A DNA stretch of 33,254 nt from a virus. Lineage: Duplodnaviria > Heunggongvirae > Uroviricota > Caudoviricetes. The stretch is taken from IMG/VR virus record IMGVR_UViG_3300050026_000241; one strand, 5' to 3'. Under the pieces are notes generated by a model that was not told the origin of the DNA, searched no databases, and was given only the letters and a program-made list of their open reading frames with translations. Both the position numbers and the translations under genes were made by a program. Numbering within the stretch: the stretch's first letter is position 1; the number at the start of each line of letters is the position of its first letter. Below are positions 26,949 through 33,254 of the stretch, piece after piece.

Positions 26949-27547
26949 AATTCAACACCGTGCTTTGCGACCCGCCCTGGCCATACGACAACGTGGACGG
27001 GCCGCGTGCCGCACCGGACCACCGACCCAATAGTTGGTCCGGTGTGACCGGCTGCGCTGGGTCAGCCGGACGTTATGGGAGTATGAGTATTGCCAAGATC
27101 AAGGCGATACCCGTACCCGCAGCAATCAGTAGACCAGCACACTTGTACCTGTGGACGACGAATTCCTTCCTGGTGGAAGCACACGAAATTGCAAGGGCGT
27201 GGGGTTTTGTTCCCAAGACGCTGCTGACGTGGATCAAGACGAAAGCGGACGGAACGCCGTCGATGAAGACTGGCTATTACTACCGTTCCGCGACCGAGCA
27301 CATACTGTTCGCGGTACGTGGTTCACTGCGTCTTGCGGGTCCGTGCCGGCCGACCGCCTACATGCTGCCGAGACAACCCCACAGTGTTAAACCAGATTTC
27401 TTTTACGACTTGATAGAAGAACAGAGTCCAGGGCCGTACCTTGAACTTTTTGCGAGACGGCCGCGTGAGGGGTGGACAGCTGTCGGCAACGGAATTGATG
27501 GAATGGACATAGGGGAATCGCTCGCTCTACAAAACTCAACAAGGTAA
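26945..27547 (+). CDS. MT-A70 family N6-adenine methyltransferase
   Basis: LCDPPW, HLYLWTTN, TWIK, TEHILFA, HSVKP and YLELFARR motifs. Confidence 0.9.
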   Translation: MKFNTVLCDPPWPYDNVDGPRAAPDHRPNSWSGVTGCAGSAGRYGSMSIAKIKAIPVPAAISRPAHLYLWTTNSFLVEAHEIARAWGFVPKTLLTWIKTKADGTPSMKTGYYYRSATEHILFAVRGSLRLAGPCRPTAYMLPRQPHSVKPDFFYDLIEEQSPGPYLELFARRPREGWTAVGNGIDGMDIGESLALQNSTR

Positions 27548-27554
27548 AGGCAAA

Positions 27555-28283
27555 ATGACTGCCAAACGAAATCCCAAGCAAGAAGGCACCAATGTCTTTG
27601 ACTGTAAGCCACAGGTCGGGCTATGTCCGATTAACTGCGCACAGTGCTTTCATAACCGACCCGGCGCGTTCTACACCCCCATCGACCAACCATTGATCCC
27701 GACCCGTGAGGAAGTTGGCGACGGCATCGTGCGTATGAATTCGGGTCACGACAGCAACATCGAGCGTGACAAGGTTATCGCCACTGCGTTGAAGTACGAC
27801 AAGTTCTTCTTCAATACGTCGATCCCCAGGTTCGACTTCCCCGGCCCGGTCGTCCTGACGGCCAATCCGAAAGAGGAAGAGACACCGTGGATGCCCGCCT
27901 ACGAAGATCAGATTCCGCGGAACCTCATGTTCGTGCGGCTCCGCGTGTCGAGTACCAACTTGCAGAAGGTCCGAGAGGCCGCCCGCTGGTACGCTGGCGG
28001 CAACGTGCCGGTCGTGCTGACGTTCATGTCCTATTACACGCATGAACCGCAAGTGCCGGAAGCCGTTGCAGCAGCGGTCGGAGGCCCTTGCTACGTCTGG
28101 AAGACACGAATCCTGAATTCGTATTGGTGCCCGACCGAAGACTTCATTCGGTTCGTGTTGTCGCAATTCCGAAGCAATCGGCTGGTTTCTTACTGCGGCA
28201 GCCTCAAAGGCTCCCTCTGCCGAAACTGTCGGAATTGTGAAACCTACTTCGTCCAAACTGCAAAACGGCTGGCTGGTGAATAA
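27555..28283 (+). CDS. short radical-SAM-like Fe-S protein
   Basis: N-terminal CPINCAQC (CxxxCxxC) and C-terminal YCG...CRNCRNC. AAGG upstream. Confidence 0.6.
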   Translation: MTAKRNPKQEGTNVFDCKPQVGLCPINCAQCFHNRPGAFYTPIDQPLIPTREEVGDGIVRMNSGHDSNIERDKVIATALKYDKFFFNTSIPRFDFPGPVVLTANPKEEETPWMPAYEDQIPRNLMFVRLRVSSTNLQKVREAARWYAGGNVPVVLTFMSYYTHEPQVPEAVAAAVGGPCYVWKTRILNSYWCPTEDFIRFVLSQFRSNRLVSYCGSLKGSLCRNCRNCETYFVQTAKRLAGE

Positions 28284-28295
28284 TAGGAAACGAAT

Positions 28296-28868
28296 ATGTC
28301 TCTACGCATTTGCTTTTTCGGTGGTCCGGGTGTTGGGAAATCCACCTTGGCGGCGCAGTTGTTCGGCTGGTTGAAGGCCGAGAACTTCGACGCCGAGTTG
28401 GTGCAAGAGTTCGTCAAAACTTGGGCGTACCAACAGCGGCGGTTGAAGTCGTTCGATCACGTCTTCACGTTCGCCAGCCAACTTCATACTGAAGACCTAT
28501 ACTTGCAATCCGGTGTGAATATAATCGTTACCGACTCACCTGTATTGCTACAGGTGATGTACCAGTATATGCGCCAACTGCCCGGTCAGGTTGAAATGCG
28601 GCATGTCGCGGAATTGTTTGAAGACCAACACCCGTCGATCAACTTTCTGGTGAAGCGGAAGGTTGACTACAAACCGCAGGGCCGTTACGAAACACCGGAG
28701 GCCGCCGCAGCGATTCACGATCGGATCGTCAGGTATCTGGACCAGTGGAGCGTGCCTTTTACGGAGGTAGAGCCCGGCAACTTGTCAGCCGTGATTGACA
28801 TACTGGACGAAGAGTACGGTATCCGGCGAGCAGCCGGAATCAATGTTGATTCGTTCCTCAAACCTTGA
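28296..28868 (+). CDS. P-loop kinase/ATPase (AAA_28/NadR-like)
   Basis: ICFFGGPGVGKST, ELVQEFVK and IVTDSP motifs, plus GRYE near the C-terminus. Confidence 0.8.
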   Translation: MSLRICFFGGPGVGKSTLAAQLFGWLKAENFDAELVQEFVKTWAYQQRRLKSFDHVFTFASQLHTEDLYLQSGVNIIVTDSPVLLQVMYQYMRQLPGQVEMRHVAELFEDQHPSINFLVKRKVDYKPQGRYETPEAAAAIHDRIVRYLDQWSVPFTEVEPGNLSAVIDILDEEYGIRRAAGINVDSFLKP

Positions 28869-28875
28869 GAGACCC

Positions 28876-29103
28876 ATGTTCCATATTGAGCACAATACTG
28901 AAATCAGCCACGTCTTCACGTTCCAAGCACCGGAGGAAGTTGTGGCACTGTTTGACGAGCCCGAGGGTGTCGAACTTGACGGCGGCAACTTTGATATTGC
29001 CGCTGTTCGTGAACCGGGCGAACCTGCCAAACTCCGTCTGACTGTCATGGTTCGGGAGACCAAGACTCGTGGCGACACCGATCTTTCCAACGAAGAACCC
29101 TGA
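28876..29103 (+). CDS. small hypothetical protein
   Basis: ATG 28876 follows the kinase stop; 75 aa. Confidence 0.6.
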   Translation: MFHIEHNTEISHVFTFQAPEEVVALFDEPEGVELDGGNFDIAAVREPGEPAKLRLTVMVRETKTRGDTDLSNEEP

Positions 29104-29119
29104 AACCAAAGAGTATCTA

Positions 29120-30229
29120 ATGAGCGACATCATAATTAGCGTCGAGCGTATCAAATCCGTTGAGCCCCACCCACAGGCTGACCGCTTGGAGATTGCCAAG
29201 ATTCTTGGCACGCAATGCGTTGTGCCCAAAGGCGAACACAAGGCCGGCGAGAGTGTGGTCTTTTTCCCGCCCGACATGGTGCTGCCCGGCGACGTGAGTT
29301 TGCAGCTCGGCGTTCAGAAGTATCTCAAGCATTCGCTGGTCGAAGGCTTGAAGATTCCTTCGCGTGTGGCCGCCTGCCGTCTGCGTACTGTGGCCAGTTT
29401 CGGCTTCATTGCCAAACTGCCGCCTGAGTTGTCGCATTTGGCCGGGTGGGTCGGCACGGAGCAGGCCAACGTGACCGAGTTCTATCGTGGCTTCAAATAT
29501 GAGCCGCCCGCCGCGCCTCGCGGTGCGATGTGGGGCGGCATGGCCCCGGAACACCCGATGTTCCACCAGTATACCGATATTCAGAATCACTATCGTTACC
29601 CGGACGCGATTCCGACCGGAACCATTGTCCGCGTGACCGAGAAGATTGACGGAACCAATAGCCGGGCTGGCGTGGTCTATTGCGACGGTGAATTCCAATT
29701 CATGGCGGGCTCCCACAAGAAGAACCGCAAGAAGGAATTCGAGGGAGCGGCTTCGCTCTACTGGGAGCCGCTGGAAATTGAGGGCGTGCTGAACATGATT
29801 AACACGCTTTGCGACGGCCGCCGCAACATCGTTGTGTTCGGGGAGATTTACGGTCCCGGTGTTCAAGACCTGGATTACGGCATTCCGGCCGGTGACATCG
29901 GCTACCGGGTGTTCGACATTACGGACGACGGCGACTACCTGGACTTCGACATCGTGAAGGCCATGTGCGACAACAATGACGTGGAGTTGGTCCCGTTGCT
30001 GTACAAGGGTCCGTTCAGCCAGAGGATGGTTGAAGAGTTGACCAGCGGCCCGACGACTTTGGTGTCGCCCGAAGGCATCAAGAGCAAGTTCAAAGGCCGC
30101 GAGGGCATCGTCATTACGCCCGTGGTGGAAGCCTACAGCGAAATCCTGGGCGGCCGGATGATCCTCAAGAGCAAGTCCGCCGACTACCTTGATCGCAAGG
30201 GCGCGGAAGACAACGGGGAGGCCGAGTAA
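29120..30229 (+). CDS. RNA ligase, DRB0094/Rnl5-like
   Basis: N-terminal IKSVEPHPQADRLEIA domain, then nucleotidyltransferase motifs TEKIDGTN, FGEIYG, FDI, EGIV and LKSKS. Confidence 0.88.
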   Translation: MSDIIISVERIKSVEPHPQADRLEIAKILGTQCVVPKGEHKAGESVVFFPPDMVLPGDVSLQLGVQKYLKHSLVEGLKIPSRVAACRLRTVASFGFIAKLPPELSHLAGWVGTEQANVTEFYRGFKYEPPAAPRGAMWGGMAPEHPMFHQYTDIQNHYRYPDAIPTGTIVRVTEKIDGTNSRAGVVYCDGEFQFMAGSHKKNRKKEFEGAASLYWEPLEIEGVLNMINTLCDGRRNIVVFGEIYGPGVQDLDYGIPAGDIGYRVFDITDDGDYLDFDIVKAMCDNNDVELVPLLYKGPFSQRMVEELTSGPTTLVSPEGIKSKFKGREGIVITPVVEAYSEILGGRMILKSKSADYLDRKGAEDNGEAE

Positions 30230-30230
30230 C

Positions 30231-30710
30231 ATGAAGCGATTCATCCGTTGGACACTAATCGTCTTGGCCGCTCCAATCTTTCTGGTACTCGCCCCGTATG
30301 TTGGCGGCTTGTACTACATGACGACAGGTGAACACACCTACGAGCAAATCTGGCTGGACGACGCTATGGCTCATTTGAAGATTCTCCGGGCCAACACGGA
30401 TGACCCGGACTTGCAGAACGTCTTGGATTACTGCATAGGACGCTACAACAAGATTGGAGCGTGGGATGTCATGGTGTTGCCCCTTCCGTCGTATTCGGGC
30501 GACCACACGCTAGGTGCGAATCTGCCGACATGCCCCGGCGTGACGTTGGACTACGAGACCTTGAACATGACGTTGCGGGACGGGGCGCTGGTCCTGGTCC
30601 ACGAATCATTACATGATTGGTGGCCTTGCTTTGGGCACAGTCAAGTCACGCCCCGCATCGACAAGCTGTACGAATTGGAATTCGCTTTGGAGCGAAAGCA
30701 CCGAATCTGA
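30231..30710 (+). CDS. membrane-anchored protein with an HExxH zinc motif
   Basis: N-terminal hydrophobic helix and LVHESLHD. Confidence 0.65.
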   Translation: MKRFIRWTLIVLAAPIFLVLAPYVGGLYYMTTGEHTYEQIWLDDAMAHLKILRANTDDPDLQNVLDYCIGRYNKIGAWDVMVLPLPSYSGDHTLGANLPTCPGVTLDYETLNMTLRDGALVLVHESLHDWWPCFGHSQVTPRIDKLYELEFALERKHRI

Positions 30711-30716
30711 GGGCCG

Positions 30717-30754
30717 CGCGCACAACCCCGTCTCGTTTTACGACTCTCTATGTG
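30717..30754 (+). promoter_or_regulatory. conserved bipartite motif, copy 4
   Basis: CGCGCACAA-N8-CGTTTTACGACTCTCTATGTG; ends 9 nt before TTG 30764. Confidence 0.75.
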
Positions 30755-30763
30755 GAGAACTCA

Positions 30764-31609
30764 TTGACACATTACTACTCCGACCTCTACACCACGATCC
30801 TCAATGCCGATGCCCTGGACGGTGCCGATTGGCTGGTCCGTCACGGGCATAAGGTTGACTGCATCGTCACGTCGCCGCCGTTCTACGGTCAGCGCGACTA
30901 CGGTGTGGAAGGCCAGCTTGGCTTGGAGGCCGACCCGCAGGAATACTTAGACAAGCTGGTCGCCATCTTTGACGCTTTGATACCAGTCCTCAAAGATACG
31001 GGAAGCCTGTGGGTGAACCTGGGCGACACCTATTGGAGCGGCCGGGGGCAGGCCCGAGGAGGCGAGAACAAGCAGTCCGCCCGCCGCTTCGGCTGCCGGC
31101 CGCAAGATAAGCGGCGTCCCGGCCTGTGGACCCGTGGCAAGCAGCTATTGCTACTTCCCCACCGCTTTGCCATCGCCATGCAGGGCGAGGGCTGGATCGT
31201 CCGCAACGACAACGTGTGGGTCAAGGCCAACCCCACCCCGGACCAAGTGCGGGACCGCTGCGCCATGTCGCACGAGTATATGTTCCACTTTGTCCGCGAG
31301 CGGTTTTACTACTTCGACAAGAAGACCGTCGGCCGCCGCACGCAGAAGGGCGGCGTCATGCCGCCCTACGATACCTGGCAAGTCCCCTCCTCGCACGGCG
31401 GCAAGGGCCACCGGGCGACCTTTTCCAAGCAACTGGTGGAACTCCCCGTCCTGGCAACCTGCCGCTACGGCGGGACCGTGCTGGACCCCTTCGCCGGCAG
31501 CGGCACGACCCTGAACTACGCCCGTGCCCACGGCCGGCTCTCCATCGGCATCGACATTTCCCCCGAATACTGCCAACTAATGAAAGACCAACTGTGTCCG
31601 ACAAGCTGA
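30764..31609 (+). CDS. DNA methyltransferase, N4C/N6A family, beta arrangement
   Basis: VTSPPFY, WVNLGD, HEYMFHF, H.ATF and LDPFAGSGTT motifs. TTG start inferred from GGAG 6 nt upstream. Confidence 0.88.
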   Translation: MTHYYSDLYTTILNADALDGADWLVRHGHKVDCIVTSPPFYGQRDYGVEGQLGLEADPQEYLDKLVAIFDALIPVLKDTGSLWVNLGDTYWSGRGQARGGENKQSARRFGCRPQDKRRPGLWTRGKQLLLLPHRFAIAMQGEGWIVRNDNVWVKANPTPDQVRDRCAMSHEYMFHFVRERFYYFDKKTVGRRTQKGGVMPPYDTWQVPSSHGGKGHRATFSKQLVELPVLATCRYGGTVLDPFAGSGTTLNYARAHGRLSIGIDISPEYCQLMKDQLCPTS

Positions 31610-32352
31610 TCCTCCCCTCTGCCGATGTCATGTACGCCAATGCAATGGCCCGTCCCGCCGAGATCAAGCGGGAAGTTGCCCGCAAGATCAATGAACGGGC
31701 CTGCGGCGTGAAACGAATCGCCGCCGCCCTGGACTTGGCCGTCTTGAAGCCCACGGCGGGCCGACGCGATGTTGAGGTCGCCGCCGCCCTGGTGAATCAG
31801 CACGGCATTTGCTCGTTATGCGTGCCGTCCAGTTTCGTGCCGCTCGCCAGCAACTTGACCGCCCGAGTTTGCTCCGTGGTCGGTTTTCCACACGGCAATT
31901 CGTGTATCACGGCCAAAGTCGATGAAGCCGGAGAGGCCCTCTACTATGGGGCGGTTGAGTTGGACATTGTGGTCAGCTACGGGCGTTTCATGGAAGGCAA
32001 CCCCGATCCGGTAGTTTCCGAGTTGACTCAGATCGTCAATATCGCTCACGCCCGACGAGCTATCGTTAAGGCGATCTTGGAAACGTGCTGCCTGTCCCTG
32101 CCACAGATTGCCGATCTGTGTCGGCTGTGTGCGGACTGCGGCGTTGACTATGTGAAAACGTCAACCGGGTTCAGCACGGGCGGTGCGGATACGATGGGTG
32201 TGCGGTGTATGCTCGACACTGTTGGCAGCCGTTGTTTGGTCAAGGCAAGCGGCGGTATTGATTGCTATGAGAAGGCGAAGATGTTTCTCGACATGGGCTG
32301 TGCCCGTATCGGGGCATCCAAGTACCTTGAACTTTTACCATCCTGGGGGTGA
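31594..32352 (+). CDS. deoC: deoxyribose-phosphate aldolase
   Basis: VGFPHG, ELDIV, VKAILET, DYVKTSTGF, VKASGGI and RIGAS motifs. Start taken as GTG 31594; ATG 31630 is an alternative. Confidence 0.9.
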   Translation: MSDKLILPSADVMYANAMARPAEIKREVARKINERACGVKRIAAALDLAVLKPTAGRRDVEVAAALVNQHGICSLCVPSSFVPLASNLTARVCSVVGFPHGNSCITAKVDEAGEALYYGAVELDIVVSYGRFMEGNPDPVVSELTQIVNIAHARRAIVKAILETCCLSLPQIADLCRLCADCGVDYVKTSTGFSTGGADTMGVRCMLDTVGSRCLVKASGGIDCYEKAKMFLDMGCARIGASKYLELLPSWG

Positions 32353-32698
32353 ATTGGAATCGACCGGGCAGGTTGAAGTGTAGGTTGCGTTCCGTGGTTG
32401 GTCGGCAGGCCACGATAAAAGCCGACCACAAAGTAGACGCCACTAATCAAATGGCAATGGCGGCCTAGCACCGCCCCGGTTGATGGTCTTCGTCGGAGAG
32501 ACTTGACTACCGGCTGTAATTCCGAATCGCCTGGGTGAGAATCGGCGGAACCTGGGCTAAACAACTCAGCCGAATGGTCAGACGGGAACCCTGTCGGTTC
32601 GGGGACGCGAGACGACGATTGCAAATAGAATCGACTATCGAACGTAGACGCTTACATGGAAATGTCACGGGACCGGGGTTCAATCCCCCGCGCCTCCA
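32345..32698 (+). ncRNA. ssrA: tmRNA
   Basis: Acceptor GGGGGTG/CGCCTCC with G3-U70 and A73; GGAATCGAC; pseudoknot 1 with stems CGTGG/CCACG and TGGTCGGC/GCCGACCA; T-arm CGGGG-TTCAATC-CCCCG. No encoded CCA. Confidence 0.93.
32439..32468 (+). other. tmRNA tag reading frame ATNQMAMAA-stop
   Basis: GCC ACT AAT CAA ATG GCA ATG GCG GCC TAG follows pseudoknot 1 and ends in Ala-Ala. The resume codon is inferred from position. Confidence 0.8.
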
Positions 32699-32714
32699 CT
32701 TTGAAAGAAAGCCT

Positions 32715-33254
32715 ATGAATCGACTGTTTTATAATCGTGTCTATCTATCTGGCCCGATTGACAATGCTAAGGATTTTGGCACGGGCTGGCGAAATGAAAT
32801 CAAAGAGAAATTGGCCGATCTTCAACTAATTTTTCTGGACCCGTGTTCCAAACCGATGCAACCTGGCTACGCTTGTGAGGATTTGGAAAATCATGCCCGT
32901 CGAGTGGAGCAGAAGAAAAATGGTGACTTTGAGACTATTGCACGAGAGATGCACCTGATTCGATGTATCGACTTGCGGCTCGCTGACTTGTGTGATTTTG
33001 CAATCGTACATCTTGATCGAGAAGTCTACTCGACCGGAACACATGAAGAGATAGCCCTGCTAAATCGACGAAAGGTGCCGATCCTCGTCCACGTTGAACA
33101 AGGAAAGGCAGCACTACCCGATTGGTATTGGGGCACTCTCCCGCATCAGCATGTTTTCAGTACGTGGGACGAGATACTCTTGTATGTCCGCCATGTCGCG
33201 CATGACCCGCCGCCTATTGACAGTTACAATCGCTGGCGGTTTCTGGATTACGGA
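32715..33254 (+). CDS. nucleoside 2-deoxyribosyltransferase / nucleotide N-hydrolase-like protein (3' end beyond the window)
   Basis: Manual translation MNRLFYNRVYLSGPIDNAKDFGTGWR...FLDP...IDLRLADLCDFAIVHLD...STGTHEEI matches the YLsGP, D...D and G/T..E pattern of this family. Open to the window end; not in the ORF track. Confidence 0.72.
   Translation, partial: MNRLFYNRVYLSGPIDNAKDFGTGWRNEIKEKLADLQLIFLDPCSKPMQPGYACEDLENHARRVEQKKNGDFETIAREMHLIRCIDLRLADLCDFAIVHLDREVYSTGTHEEIALLNRRKVPILVHVEQGKAALPDWYWGTLPHQHVFSTWDEILLYVRHVAHDPPPIDSYNRWRFLDYG

Noticed and set aside
27401-27410. TTTTACGACT, a partial match to the bipartite motif
   Set aside because: Lacks the CGCGCACAA half and the CTCTATGTG tail, and lies mid-gene.
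29117-30244. 375-aa minus-strand ORF
   Set aside because: Shadow of the RNA ligase gene; no independent signals.
31126-31593. 156-codon N-terminal extension of the deoC ORF in the track
   Set aside because: Overlaps the methyltransferase in another frame with Arg/Pro-rich shadow composition. The DeoC-like sequence begins near 31594.

Overview
This window looks like the replication, nucleotide-metabolism and host-takeover region of a large tailed phage or prophage. The host cannot be determined from the sequence, and no structural genes or integrase are visible. A primase-helicase gene on the minus strand diverges from a long plus-strand block across a 94-bp symmetric inverted repeat. The block holds two ParB-like proteins, four DNA methyltransferases, an SNF2 helicase, a family A DNA polymerase, HNH and VRR-NUC nucleases, a sigma-like factor, an ATP-dependent DNA ligase, an RNA ligase, a radical-SAM-like protein and DeoC. 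The ORF track misses several elements: ribosomal protein bS21, an intact tmRNA (tag ATNQMAMAA), five tRNA or tRNA-like genes, a partial nucleoside deoxyribosyltransferase-like gene and a TnpB-like fragment. Four observations stand out. (1) A tRNA-Ser(CGA) scaffold carries a 48-nt insert at the anticodon-loop 37/38 position, in a genome that also encodes an RNA ligase, a P-loop kinase and phosphoesterases. (2) The deoC stop codon lies inside the tmRNA 5' acceptor stem, so tmRNA maturation would leave a non-stop deoC mRNA. (3) A 38-bp bipartite motif occurs four times, each just upstream of a gene start. (4) A roughly 80% Asp/Glu protein sits inside the tRNA cluster. All protein calls come from motifs recognised by eye; no database searches were run.
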